Virus record (IMG/VR): IMGVR_UViG_3300045995_000108
Location: 1 to 64,000 of that record
Direction: 5' to 3' (one strand)
DNA: 64,000 nucleotides
DNA from: a virus
Shown: positions 9,866 through 20,451 of the stretch, in pieces
How the letters are laid out: each line of letters starts with the position of its first letter
Numbering within the stretch: the first letter of the stretch is position 1
Notes under the pieces: model-generated
Told to the model about the DNA's origin: nothing
Seen by the model: only the letters and a program-made list of their open reading frames with translations
The model's database searches: none
Program-made: the position numbers and the translations under genes

Positions 9866-10660
9866 CATGATGATTATGTCCGTGGTTCTCGTGTTGTTTG
9901 CGTTCACTTACATCTACGGCGAACTGGCTTGCTACAAGCGTGGTGGCGATGTTTGGCCCTGGACTGTTAAGTTGGCAATGTTTTTGAAAGGTCGAAAATG
10001 ACTGAACTTATAGTAGCGGTGGTACTGCTTTTCCTGGGATTTATGTGCGGTATTATGGCTGAGACAAACGACGTCCAAGAACGGTGTGTCGCAAAGTATG
10101 CATCAATGCCGCACAATGAAGTGGGCGATTACTGCAAGACGATTCTGAAATTTCAAAAGGAAGCAAAGTGAAATTTCCTTTGAAGCACGACACAGTTCGC
10201 CAACGGTTCGTTATCTTTTTGATCGGCTACGCAATTTTTGTTGCATTGACATTTCTTTTTTCACTCTGGATGGTAAAATGAGCAAGTATACATATGGTGT
10301 TTGGTTTGTTGCAGTGTCTGTCGCTGTAATGGTTGGCTACAATGCCAACATCGTGTCTGGCATCGCAAGCCTGTTCACAGTGTGGGGCATTGCTTACATG
10401 ATTACTGGTACGCTGGAAAGTGTGCTGAAAGCAATTTTTGCCCGCATGGGTAAGTAACATCATGGTATTTACAGACAACGAAACTAAATTTATCAAATGG
10501 TACGACTACCTTTGGTTGATAATTCCTATCGCGGGAATCGCGATGATGGTGGCTTGTGTCCTAGACCGTAAAGAGAGATCAAAATGAACGACGTTTTCCT
10601 GCTTATGGTTGTTGCCTTGATTACACACAAGGTCAAAATGTCTCCCCGCCCCGCTAAACC
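9856..10660 (+). other. Run of very short hydrophobic ORFs (membrane mini-proteins, below ORF-track cutoff)
   Basis: Stop/start-overlapping short ORFs rich in V/L/F/I, read by eye on the + strand. Confidence 0.5.
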
Positions 10661-10713
10661 AGATTTGCCCATTAAATCGTTTTAATGTACAATAGTGGCT
10701 TATTAAGGCACAT

Positions 10714-11064
10714 ATGAAATTCCTGCAAGAAACGACAGAGTGGAAAGACACTGCACCCAATCACTTGTATGTGATGGATGACAGCAAAGAGCGTATGCTT
10801 GCATACCGCCCTGTTGGCAAGACGGATTTCATGATCTTTAAAAAGCCTATCCGCATTGACACCCGTGGTCGCAAGTTTGCAGAAGTCAAGAACACTTTTG
10901 GCTTCAAGCTGGAAGAAGAAGTGCCTGAAGGTAAAGCGCACAAGGTGATTGGCACCAAGGGTGAGCTGTACACTGTGACAGAACTGCGCGGCGAATTTAG
11001 CTGCACTTGCTCGGGATTCAAGTTCCGCGGTATGTGCAAACACATTACAAACTTAGGACAATGA
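10714..11064 (+). CDS. SWIM-type zinc-finger protein
   Basis: C-terminal CTCSGFKFRGMCKH (CxC...CxH); early promoter upstream. Confidence 0.75.
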   Translation: MKFLQETTEWKDTAPNHLYVMDDSKERMLAYRPVGKTDFMIFKKPIRIDTRGRKFAEVKNTFGFKLEEEVPEGKAHKVIGTKGELYTVTELRGEFSCTCSGFKFRGMCKHITNLGQ

Positions 11065-11065
11065 A

Positions 11066-12700
11066 ATGACTGCAATTTTGAATATTCTCTGGTTTCTTGG
11101 ATTGATTCTGTCGATGATCCTGGTGTTCCATTTCATTGGCTTTGCGGGACTAACGCGAATGTTTCCAGAGGGACAACGAGCTTGGCATTTTCCCGCACAG
11201 CTGGCGACGCTGGCGTTCTTTGCAGCCATGGTGCTGTGCAACCCCTTTATTACTTGGAGCCTGACATGATGGAAACAGCAATGGCAATTTTGAAGCTCGC
11301 TCCGCTTGAGCAAGCTGGAACGATTACTCCTGCCCAACAACACGAGTTGGATCGCTTGCGTACACAGATGTTTAACATTGTACGCGGTACGCCAATCAAA
11401 GTTGAAGATCCGTTTGGTCTGCTTGATGAGGTGAATGAATGAGCCTCACATTTGAATGCAACTGGGAAGAGTTCAAGCATCGCGTGAAGGAATTCGCTGA
11501 TGCTGCACCCACGTTGAACCAAGCAGAGCTGGACAATGCGTACAAAGCAGTGGGCCTGTCTTACTTGGCAATGAATGAACCAATGTGGCAAAGCAGCGCA
11601 GCTATTGTGCTGAACATGGCGTCCCGTACTTTTATGCAACGTGAAATGGAATTGTCATGAACTACAAAAGCAAATACATTATCGTTGACAACAAAGACGG
11701 TATCATACCTGTGGTGTTTACTGAACTCGCTGTCCACAAAGAAGTGGCCCGTGGGTTCATGCCGGGAAAGATTCTTGGTGCAGGCTTTTGCTGGATCAAC
11801 GGCGATGGCAGGTATGAGTGCTACGGTGAAAGCACAAGCCTCAACGTTAAGTCCAACGACGAAGATGACGCAAAAATTCTCAACAAATTTCTTGGAGTAA
11901 ACTACGAATGAACCCGCATGAATACGGCAAAGACTTTAACGGTACTGAGCTACAGCTTGGTGACACAGTGGCATTCATTTCGCCCTACGTTAAGGGTTTA
12001 GTGGTTGGCACAGTGACAGGCTTCACTCCCAAAATGATTGAAATTGAGTGGATTTCCAATCGCACTTGGGGCAAGGATGTGGGACTGCCGGAAAAACTCT
12101 TCCGCAAAATTAGTTGGGTGGTAAAGGTGCCAGCATGACTGCAACACTAAAGGTCATCACCAACTCGCTTGGCTCAGGCGATTACGTCGTAGTGTATGAA
12201 ACAAACTGCGGCGAAGTGGTTTATGAAGGGCACAGTGTCAGCCCATACATGCTGCATAAAATTTTGAATGACACGAATGGTATGTGCGATTATGTCACGT
12301 ACCACGAATTGACTGACGAGCAAATGTTAGACTGGGGAGAGCACACATGATCAATTACGGCAAACTCATTGACTTCACGACAGACAACTACAACTCTGAC
12401 GGGTTGTCTGATATCATGCAGTCCACACTTGAGAACTATTTCTGTCACGGACTGGAACCTGGTGGATTTACGACTGCTGTACTTGAGGGTAACCTCTTTG
12501 CCGCAGCACAAAGGGCAGATCACTGGAACAAGGAAAACCTTGCAAAAATTGCAAACTGGATCTTCCAAAATGCTCCAGGTGGATCTTATGGCTCCAAGGA
12601 AGCAGTGCGAGATTGGCTGCATGACAAGGATTATCGTCGTACTATTTACCATGATGAAATGGAAAAGCGGTACGTTTGGAAAACGCTCAACGAAGCTTGA
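11066..12700 (+). other. Operon of 7 small hypothetical ORFs (11066-11269, 11266-11442, 11439-11660, 11657-11911, 11908-12138, 12135-12350, 12347-12700)
   Basis: Consecutive ATGA start/stop overlaps; no recognisable domains. Confidence 0.7.
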
Positions 12701-12730
12701 CTTGCTAACATTGTCGCTGTACAATGTTAC

Positions 12731-13612
12731 ATGACTACTTTACCCTTTGCTGGTTCAGCATCAATCAATGATGCAAGTACACTGGCATTATTGGATGCCA
12801 TTAAATTAAATGTAACCCCACCACCCATCTCTGCGTTTTTAACAGATTACCGGAAATGGGTGGCTTCGTCATCATCCAATACTATGGATGGATTTGACCT
12901 CTTTTCTGTTGCTGAATACTGCAATGGGTCCACAGAGGCATTTGACAAATTCTACATTAGAAATCATTCTCGCAGATTTAGAATATTCCGTGGTGAATAT
13001 CTGTATCATGCAATGACATGGCTTGATTGCAAACACGATTGGAAGTATGTTGAGGATGGCCCACTTGAAGAAAATGATGCATTGCTGGTGAGTGTGCCTT
13101 TTGCTGGTACAGGTAATGTTCACGAACAATTTGACGAAGTAATGGAGGAATGCGGGAGATTGTATATCCCTGTTTTAGTAGACTGCACATACTTTGGTAT
13201 TTGCTCTAACGTCCATTTTAACTTTGACCATAGTGCAATTAAAGAAGTGGTGTTTAGTTTGTCTAAAGTATTTCCCATTTCTAAGATGCGAGTTGCAATG
13301 CGACTTTCTGCTGGTGATTTTGATGATGGCATTAGCGCTTACAACAAAATTGGGTATGTTAATGAATATAGTGCCGCAATTGGCCATCAGTTCATTCAGG
13401 CATTTGGCCCTGATTATATTCCCACTAAATACAAAGACGCTCAACAAGAGTTTTGTGCGTTTCTAAATGTTGCACCAAGCAATACAGTAATTTACGGAAT
13501 TGGCGACGATAACTGGGCCGCGTATAAGCGTGGGATTCGAGAGAACGACACTAACCGCCTAAGCTTCCACCGCTTCCTGCACGACAAACAAAAATTTTAC
13601 GATGCTATATAA
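12731..13612 (+). CDS. PLP-dependent aminotransferase-like protein
   Basis: NGSTEAF, VLVDCTY and FSLSK (PLP lysine) pattern of fold-type I enzymes. Confidence 0.65.
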   Translation: MTTLPFAGSASINDASTLALLDAIKLNVTPPPISAFLTDYRKWVASSSSNTMDGFDLFSVAEYCNGSTEAFDKFYIRNHSRRFRIFRGEYLYHAMTWLDCKHDWKYVEDGPLEENDALLVSVPFAGTGNVHEQFDEVMEECGRLYIPVLVDCTYFGICSNVHFNFDHSAIKEVVFSLSKVFPISKMRVAMRLSAGDFDDGISAYNKIGYVNEYSAAIGHQFIQAFGPDYIPTKYKDAQQEFCAFLNVAPSNTVIYGIGDDNWAAYKRGIRENDTNRLSFHRFLHDKQKFYDAI

Positions 13613-14654
13613 CGCGACCTTTTTAGAATGGGAAATCACATCTGCATGTAATGCATCGTGCCCACAATGCCCACGTAATTACTATGGTGGCAAAACGTGG
13701 CATACGCTACCAATAGTGCAAGTTGACAGACAATGGGCAGAAGAACATCTGTCAATTGGGTTCATTGAGTCACTAACACATATTGATTTCTGTGGTACTT
13801 ACGGTGACCCTATCATGAATAACAACTTGATAGACATAGTTGAGTGGTTACAATCAGTTAACCCATCAGTGTACATAACAATAAAAACAAATGGTGGCAT
13901 TCGCAATGCCAATTGGTGGGCAAAATTAGGAAGTATCTTAAATGGTGCAGTTTATTTTGCATTGGATGGATTAGCAGACACTAATCATTTATACCGTCGT
14001 GGTGTAATTTTTGATGACGTGATCGTAAATGCACAAGCTTTCATGGCGGCAGGCGGTACTGCGCATTGGGCATACATCGTATTCAAGCACAACCAGCATC
14101 AAGTTGAAGAAGCAAGAGCAATGGCAGCTACCCTTGGGTTCACAGACTTCAATGTAAAGCTGACTAGCAGATTTTTTGATAAAAAGCATGTACTCACTGA
14201 TTCACTTGAAGTCAATGATGCAATTCCGTATACGATTTCAATTCCTGACAATGTAATGTATGTAAACAAGTCATACCAAAAAATCAACTTGGTGGGCAAA
14301 GACTATGCAGCCACCTCAACCATTAATTGCAAATTTAAACAGTTGAATCGTGTGTACTTATCTGCAGAAGGTTATGTTTTTCCGTGCGGGTGGTTGCATG
14401 ACAGGATGTACGGATTTGAAGCAGAGCAGCATCCAGATCACGAAAAACTATTTGCATTATTTGACATCGCTGGTGGCAAAGAGATGTCAAATGTTAACCA
14501 CACACCAATTGAGCAAATCGTTCATGGCAAGTGGTTTGAAACGCTGGAAGCAAGTTGGACAAACGACAATCGCTTGCACCGCTGCGGAATGATGTGCGGG
14601 GAAAAAGTGGATATCATAAAGGACCAAAACAAGCATATACGATTTGACAGTTAA
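13602..14654 (+). CDS. Radical SAM protein with SPASM/twitch-like C-terminal domain
   Basis: CNASCPQC (CxxxCxxC), GTYGDP, TNGG, LDGL, GYVFPC, C-terminal CxxxC. Confidence 0.9.
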   Translation: MLYNATFLEWEITSACNASCPQCPRNYYGGKTWHTLPIVQVDRQWAEEHLSIGFIESLTHIDFCGTYGDPIMNNNLIDIVEWLQSVNPSVYITIKTNGGIRNANWWAKLGSILNGAVYFALDGLADTNHLYRRGVIFDDVIVNAQAFMAAGGTAHWAYIVFKHNQHQVEEARAMAATLGFTDFNVKLTSRFFDKKHVLTDSLEVNDAIPYTISIPDNVMYVNKSYQKINLVGKDYAATSTINCKFKQLNRVYLSAEGYVFPCGWLHDRMYGFEAEQHPDHEKLFALFDIAGGKEMSNVNHTPIEQIVHGKWFETLEASWTNDNRLHRCGMMCGEKVDIIKDQNKHIRFDS

Positions 14655-14697
14655 TTGGCTTTAATGTACAATCATGACTAGTTAATAAGGAATACGA

Positions 14698-16104
14698 ATG
14701 AACGTCCCGTTTAAGATTTTGGCAGAGATTGCTGCAACAGACAGCAAAAACGAAAAGCAAGCAATTATCAAGCGCGAAGCAGTAGCGGGGAACGACGAGT
14801 TCTTCCGCGGTTTGCTTGGCACTTTTGACCCTATGATTACATACGGCGTCAAGAAGATTGAAGAAGCAGTTAAGGACGGCCCAGGCCTCCTACCCAACAC
14901 ATTTTGGGGTCTTGCAAAGGACCTCGCAGACCGCAAGCTGACAGGTAATGCTGCTCAACTCGCAATCAACCACGCCCGTATCAAATCCACCGTTGCAGAA
15001 TGGAACGGCTGGTATCGTCGCATTTTGATGAAGGACTTGAAGGCAGACTTCAGTGAGTCCACAGTCAACAAAGTTTGCGAAAAAGACTTCCCCAAGTACG
15101 TTGTCCCAGTGTTCAAGTGCCAGTTAGCAACTGACTGCGTTGACGACGAAGGCAACGTTGCAGAAGATCTGCTGACTGGCAAAAAGCAAATTGACGTCAA
15201 ATTGGACGGTATGCGTGTTCTCACTATCGTGAGCCCAGACGGGCAAGTGGATCAATTCTCCCGCAATGGCAAGGAACTGCTTAACTTTGGTCTGGTCAAA
15301 GAACAGATTGCAAAGCACGCCGTTTTCTTCAAGGAAGTAATGGTGCTGGACGGCGAGATTATGTCCGCCTCCTTCCAAGACTTGATGAAGCAAGCACGCC
15401 GCAAGACAGACGTGCAAGCTGACGACTCCGTGTTGAACCTGTTTGATATCATCCCTCTCCGTGAGTTCAAGTTGGGCAAGGGCACTGTCCCGCAAGAAAT
15501 GCGCACCGTGATACTTAACCAATGGTTTGCTCCGCTTGAAGAAAAGATGCCCAATGTTACTGTAGTTGGCACAGAACTTGTGGACCTTGACACAGTTGAA
15601 GGTCAAAACCGTTTGTCTGAGATCAACAAGGCTGCACTGCTTGGCAAGTACGAAGGCATCATGCTCAAGGACCCAAAAGCTGTATACGAGTGCAAGCGAG
15701 CAATGAACTGGTTGAAGATGAAGCCGTTCATTGAAGAGTCGCTTACCGTTGTGGATGTAGAAGAAGGCAAGGCAGGCTCCAAGTTTGAAGGTACTATGGG
15801 TGCGCTGGTTTGCCAAGATATGGTAGGCGACAAGCTGGTCCGTGTCAACGTTGGCGGTGGCTACTCCATCCGTCTCCGTGCTCAACTTTGGGCACGCCAC
15901 ACAGGCAAGGAAGTTTCCTGGAAGAAGAAAGTGGGCAAGGAATGGGTTACACTGGTTGAGCGTCCCGTTGGTGGCCCAGTGCTTGGACTGATTGCTGAAG
16001 TTCGTGCTGATGCACTTACAAAGAGCGAATCCAACGATACTTGGTCCATGCGTTTCCCGCGCTTCAAAACATTCCGTGGCACTGTAGCAGGTGAAAAACT
16101 GTAA
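14698..16104 (+). CDS. ATP-dependent DNA ligase (T4 gp30-like)
   Basis: Motif I KLDG, LDGE, EGIMLK, WLKMK, RFPRF. Confidence 0.95.
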   Translation: MNVPFKILAEIAATDSKNEKQAIIKREAVAGNDEFFRGLLGTFDPMITYGVKKIEEAVKDGPGLLPNTFWGLAKDLADRKLTGNAAQLAINHARIKSTVAEWNGWYRRILMKDLKADFSESTVNKVCEKDFPKYVVPVFKCQLATDCVDDEGNVAEDLLTGKKQIDVKLDGMRVLTIVSPDGQVDQFSRNGKELLNFGLVKEQIAKHAVFFKEVMVLDGEIMSASFQDLMKQARRKTDVQADDSVLNLFDIIPLREFKLGKGTVPQEMRTVILNQWFAPLEEKMPNVTVVGTELVDLDTVEGQNRLSEINKAALLGKYEGIMLKDPKAVYECKRAMNWLKMKPFIEESLTVVDVEEGKAGSKFEGTMGALVCQDMVGDKLVRVNVGGGYSIRLRAQLWARHTGKEVSWKKKVGKEWVTLVERPVGGPVLGLIAEVRADALTKSESNDTWSMRFPRFKTFRGTVAGEKL

Positions 16105-16359
16105 TGTTTATTATTGTTTGGGGATTTGTAATGGGTGCAGTATTAAGCGAGGCAGGGCTTAATATAATTGATAACCCCATCTGGTTTTTGGCGGTATCCA
16201 TTCCGCTAGTTATGGTGTGCGTAAACGTACAAGCCCTGTTCAAGCAAGGTAGGAAACAGTAATGTGGTGGTACTGCATGATGTTTGTGGTGATATTTTTA
16301 TTGGCGGCATTAATGCCGCTGTACTGTACAGCGGCATTGCCGCTGTACAAAGGTAAGAA

Positions 16360-16692
16360 ATGACTCAAGACGAAAAGGAAATGTGGGCAGTGTTGACAAA
16401 CGACGCTGCTTACTTTGCAGTCAATTATGCAAAGCGTTTGGTGGCAATTGAGGATAAGGAATTGCGGTCAAAAGCCTTTGACTATTACCTCACGTATGTC
16501 ATGGACAATGTGAAAGATTTTGAACAGGTTGTCCGCATTGCATCTACGTGGATGAAAAGTTCTATTAACTGCGCAATAAATGATTTACCTGCAATGGAAC
16601 GATTCCGTAATGAATACGGGTACCAAATGCTCAGAAACAACACACGAATCGTCGAATACACTGAAGACGATATTTTAATGGAAGTAGCTTAA
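16360..16692 (+). CDS. Hypothetical protein
   Basis: ORF with AAGG RBS; N-terminal DEKEMWAVL motif. Confidence 0.65.
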   Translation: MTQDEKEMWAVLTNDAAYFAVNYAKRLVAIEDKELRSKAFDYYLTYVMDNVKDFEQVVRIASTWMKSSINCAINDLPAMERFRNEYGYQMLRNNTRIVEYTEDDILMEVA

Positions 16693-16693
16693 C

Positions 16694-18028
16694 ATGGCAG
16701 CAACAATAGCCTCTAAACTTTATGTCACTATTCAATACCGCAAAGACGCAGGCAACGACGACGGGCATCTTGGGTTTGCTTCACCGTACACTAAAGATGC
16801 GGCATTCCAGAAACGCAAGTCTACCCAAGATCAGTGGGCCTATGGATACGGGACCACGATTGAAATTGACGACGAGGACGGCGTTACCTTCACTGCAAGC
16901 GAACGGTCCACTGTGGATGCAGCGTCTGCGTTCATTGGTGGCTGGTATCCGCAGATCGTAAAGAACGAGCCTGTTGAAGGATTTGAGATTGCCAAGTCAG
17001 TCCGCCGTTATGGCTGGTCTGGATCTGGCAATGTAGTATGGCGCATCACTGACCCACGCGGCTTTGACCTTGAAATCAGCTCTGACAACTTTGCATCTAT
17101 CATCGCTTGCGTTGATATGGAGAAAGGCGCGATTAAGGGGAAGTGTGTTTGGGGACGCGAAGGCGCAAAGAATGTGCTGCTACCTGAGGCATCTGAACCA
17201 TTCCAAGAAGCGCTCGCACGTACAAAGAAGGTAAACGCCAAGGTAAGTCTCAAGGATATCCAAATTGGCGACACTGTGGATCTGCTTACAACCAAGTTAA
17301 GCGACGACGATTCTATTGCGATTTACTACGGCAAGATGTACTTCTTGTGCGTTGAGAACGGCACAACCGATCAACCACGCGGCAGCAACGGCTACCACTA
17401 TTCTTCGTACCCAGTGTTTAACGGTATGTACTACCTTAACCGTGAGGTAAAAGAATCGTACTTGTTCAAGTCTGTTAAGACTGGAGAGTTTATTACGCTG
17501 GGGTCACCTAAGGTGTCAGCCATTGTAAACAAGCTGGCAACGCCCATTGACAAACATGCAATGGCACTCCAAGCTAACGCAGAGTACCAAGCAAACGGCA
17601 AGCGTGTGGGTGACATTTACAGTGTGATTTTGATCTCTGACACAAAGATTGATGTCACAAAGCTTGAGCTGCATACAATGCCAGTGCTTATGGGCGATAC
17701 TAATGATTGGCCGTTGGTCGAGGATTACTACTCGCGCACGTTCCTTGCACAGTTGGGCGAGAAGTTGTATCTCACCAACTACCCAGGCAAGTATGACCGC
17801 GCTCGTGACAAGAAGCTTACGCTGAGCGAAGTAGTGATGTCTCCAAATGAATGTGTAATCCAACACATCCGTTCTTTTGTTAAAGGCAGTGGTAGCTACT
17901 ACGGCGGAACGCGAGATTCTTACAATAACAATGAATTGACAACATTTGATTTTGCAGATGTAAAACTGTTTGAGATCAACATGCACTACGGCGACATCGT
18001 TGGCACAGTGAAATACCTGCGAGGTTAA
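16694..18028 (+). CDS. Hypothetical phage protein (444 aa)
   Basis: Long ORF; WRITDPRGFDLEIS segment; function unknown. Confidence 0.75.
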   Translation: MAATIASKLYVTIQYRKDAGNDDGHLGFASPYTKDAAFQKRKSTQDQWAYGYGTTIEIDDEDGVTFTASERSTVDAASAFIGGWYPQIVKNEPVEGFEIAKSVRRYGWSGSGNVVWRITDPRGFDLEISSDNFASIIACVDMEKGAIKGKCVWGREGAKNVLLPEASEPFQEALARTKKVNAKVSLKDIQIGDTVDLLTTKLSDDDSIAIYYGKMYFLCVENGTTDQPRGSNGYHYSSYPVFNGMYYLNREVKESYLFKSVKTGEFITLGSPKVSAIVNKLATPIDKHAMALQANAEYQANGKRVGDIYSVILISDTKIDVTKLELHTMPVLMGDTNDWPLVEDYYSRTFLAQLGEKLYLTNYPGKYDRARDKKLTLSEVVMSPNECVIQHIRSFVKGSGSYYGGTRDSYNNNELTTFDFADVKLFEINMHYGDIVGTVKYLRG

Positions 18029-18029
18029 C

Positions 18030-18302
18030 ATGGGAGCGTTTGACGGATATTGGGGCGGGTACGGTGGATACGGTGGATATGGCGGCGTTAGCAAGCGCGA
18101 GACTTATCCCTACTTTAGCAATCAATCATCGTTTGAATTCTTCAAAGGATTTGAGATGCCTGAGTTGAAAGCACTGTTAGTAGAAGCAGAGCGAGATGGC
18201 GATGACACTGTGTGGGTCCCACAGGAACGGCCAGGTGAAGGACGCAAGGGATTGAAGACTTGGTATGTAAGAGCATTAATTAAGGAATATGATCATGAAT
18301 AA
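18030..18302 (+). CDS. Hypothetical protein with GGY repeats
   Basis: GYWGGYGGYGGYGG N-terminus; GAGG RBS. Confidence 0.6.
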   Translation: MGAFDGYWGGYGGYGGYGGVSKRETYPYFSNQSSFEFFKGFEMPELKALLVEAERDGDDTVWVPQERPGEGRKGLKTWYVRALIKEYDHE

Positions 18303-18549
18303 AGACGAAATCAAAGCACAACTGCAAACTGGCATTTTTGAAGTGACGTTCACGAAAGTGGATGGAAGCGAGCGTGTAATGCCCTGCACACTAAAGGAAG
18401 ATTTGCTTCCTGCGGCTGCGCCAAGGTCTGATGAGAACACAAAGGTGCGGAAGGTAAACGACACTAACCTATCGGTGTGGTGCACAGACAAAGCTGAATG
18501 GCGTTCCTTCAAGGTGGCCAATGTTACTAACATTAAAGCTGTATCGTGA
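18289..18549 (+). CDS. Small SH3/WYL-like beta-barrel protein common in T4-like phages
   Basis: VTFTKVDGSERVMPCTL...WRSFK. Confidence 0.75.
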   Translation: MIMNKDEIKAQLQTGIFEVTFTKVDGSERVMPCTLKEDLLPAAAPRSDENTKVRKVNDTNLSVWCTDKAEWRSFKVANVTNIKAVS

Positions 18550-18705
18550 AAGCCTTACTAGAGTTTTTGTGGACTGGCCATTGGCCTTGCAATCACCACT
18601 GGGTAGAAACACATCGCAATCCAGTGGTGTATAATGGCACACCAGTTGGACAAGCAGTGTTCTGCACTTGTGACAAATGCGGCGAACCAAAACGATTTAA
18701 CTTAT

Positions 18706-18894
18706 ATGACGACAACTAAACCAACAACATGGATACTGGACGTCCAAGAAGATCCAGAAACCGGAGACCTTTTCCTTGAATTTCCTGCTGACTTGCTTGA
18801 GTCGCAAGGATGGAAAGAAGGCACTGTCCTGCAATGGGACATTAGCCCTGGCGGTGATGTTACACTAAAGAAGTCAGAAGAAAAGGGCACTTAA
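18706..18894 (+). CDS. AbrB/MazE-like swapped-hairpin protein
   Basis: GDLFLEFPADLLESQGWKEGTVLQW. Confidence 0.6.
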   Translation: MTTTKPTTWILDVQEDPETGDLFLEFPADLLESQGWKEGTVLQWDISPGGDVTLKKSEEKGT

Positions 18895-19127
18895 GCCCTT
18901 TCTCCCCAAACTTGTCTATGTTTGTCTAGTGCGTTAGCCCTAGCAAGCTCTAAGCGCATAGCGACATAATCACTTACACTATCGTCCTCGGACTGTTTGC
19001 GTTTAGCAGACACCCGAGGATTTCTGTATGCGACTGATGCGACGAAATCAAAATCGTCTTCGTCCTCATCGTCCTCTGCGTCTATTGCTTTACTTTGCTG
19101 GAGCGACCTTAACAGCAGGTGCGGCAA
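18891..19127 (-). CDS. Acidic hypothetical ORF lacking a good start (possible recoded extension of the upstream gene)
   Basis: Protein-like acidic/helical sequence; only a TTG without SD, located inside the upstream gene. Confidence 0.45.
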   Translation of the reverse strand: MPHLLLRSLQQSKAIDAEDDEDEDDFDFVASVAYRNPRVSAKRKQSEDDSVSDYVAMRLELARANALDKHRQVWGERA

Positions 19128-19314
19128 CGGCTTTAGGCTTGTGGCTTTTGTTGTGCTTTACCGCCTTAGCCTTTAACTTAGTTGCGTTCACTTGTGCTTG
19201 CACTGGTGGTTGAGCAGTCTTAACTGGCTCAGCTGCGTAAGCGAATCCCATTGTCGCCACTGCGCCGCAAGCGATGAATTGACCAAGCTTCTTTGTAAAT
19301 TTATCTGATCCCAT
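19090..19314 (-). CDS. Small secreted Ala/Lys/Pro-rich protein
   Basis: Signal-peptide-like N-terminus ending AYA; AAGGA RBS. Confidence 0.7.
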   Translation of the reverse strand: MGSDKFTKKLGQFIACGAVATMGFAYAAEPVKTAQPPVQAQVNATKLKAKAVKHNKSHKPKAVAAPAVKVAPAK

Positions 19315-19412
19315 GATAGTTTCCTTTAGGTTAATGTAGCAAAATATTCAGGCTACTAATATATAACGCGGCAGACTTGACTTCCGTTGACACATTGTTG
19401 TAAAATAGTGTT

Positions 19413-20009
19413 ATGACAGACATAGCCAAATCTCCGCATCAAAACGAAATATCGCATTCCGAAGAACGCCATACTTTTCAGCGGGATGCGTATATTAAGC
19501 GATGCGAAAAAGAAGGCGTAGAGCCAGACCCTGATCAAGTTGCGAAGTACAATGAGTGGAAGGAAAATGACACTCTTAAGCATCAAGACCCAGAATGGCA
19601 GAAAGATAATCTGGAATACGTTCTTAGAACGACTGGATGGATTCTGGAAAAGGCACGAGGCGACAAAATCTACGCTCAGCACATTTACGCCGCGCTATGT
19701 AATACTAACTGGCAAATGACTGAACCGTGGCCCATTTTAAAGAACCAAACTTGGTCTTGCTCTTGGCGCCACGCAGGTGGCATTGTGGCAGACATGCTGG
19801 GCGAAGGTGACTACATTGATTGGCACTGTTCTGGTATTGTCCAAACTTATCAGGACGATGACGAATGGTTCAAAACGGCCACAGAAGAACAACTTGAAAG
19901 ATACAAAAAAGGTCAAGCGCACGTTGGCGAAGGTATTGTCACTGACGAAATCAGAGAAGACTTTTTGAAATTAGGCTGGCAATTAGTTTGGGAATACGTC
20001 CCAGACTAA
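19413..20009 (+). CDS. Hypothetical phage protein
   Basis: YAQHIYAALCN, WSCSWRHAGGIVAD; promoter immediately upstream. Confidence 0.75.
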   Translation: MTDIAKSPHQNEISHSEERHTFQRDAYIKRCEKEGVEPDPDQVAKYNEWKENDTLKHQDPEWQKDNLEYVLRTTGWILEKARGDKIYAQHIYAALCNTNWQMTEPWPILKNQTWSCSWRHAGGIVADMLGEGDYIDWHCSGIVQTYQDDDEWFKTATEEQLERYKKGQAHVGEGIVTDEIREDFLKLGWQLVWEYVPD

Positions 20010-20095
20010 TCTTACCACTTTAGTTGCTTAATTGCTACACATTTGCTACAATAACCTTAGCGGCACAGGATGTCGCACTTTTTAAGGAAATCAAA

Positions 20096-20368
20096 ATGAC
20101 TACACTCAATATCAACCAAAACTCCAAGACTGGTAAGGTCTTTACAAAGCTCGTTCTGAACGGCGAAACACTGACTGAAGCACAAGCTCGTAAGTTGGGC
20201 GTTGGCAATCTTCGCGCTGAAGTATCCCGCATTCGCCAAACCGGCACTGCGATTTACGCTAACAAGCGTGTCGCTGCAAATGGTATCACAGTAACTGAAT
20301 ATCGCCATGGAAAGCCGAGTCGCGCTCTCATCGCGGCGGGATATAGGGCACTCGCAGCCGGAATTTAA
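20096..20368 (+). CDS. Small basic helix-turn-helix-like DNA-binding protein
   Basis: GETLTEAQARKLGVGNLRAEVSRIRQ; AAGGA RBS; followed by a terminator. Confidence 0.6.
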   Translation: MTTLNINQNSKTGKVFTKLVLNGETLTEAQARKLGVGNLRAEVSRIRQTGTAIYANKRVAANGITVTEYRHGKPSRALIAAGYRALAAGI

Positions 20369-20393
20369 TCTACTAACACGTAGATACTATGGA

Positions 20394-20418
20394 AAGGGCA
20401 GCAATGCCCTTCTCCTTT
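20394..20418 (+). terminator. Intrinsic terminator
   Basis: AAGGGCA-GCAA-TGCCCTT hairpin followed by a pyrimidine tract. Confidence 0.65.
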
Positions 20419-20451
20419 GACTGAATATTCCATTTAATGTACAATGGTATC

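Noticed and set aside
15124-15900. 258-aa reverse-strand ORF (similar ones at 7062-7709, 48434-49126, 50354-51430, 52108-52758)
   Set aside because: Antisense shadows of well-supported + strand genes; no RBS or domain motifs.
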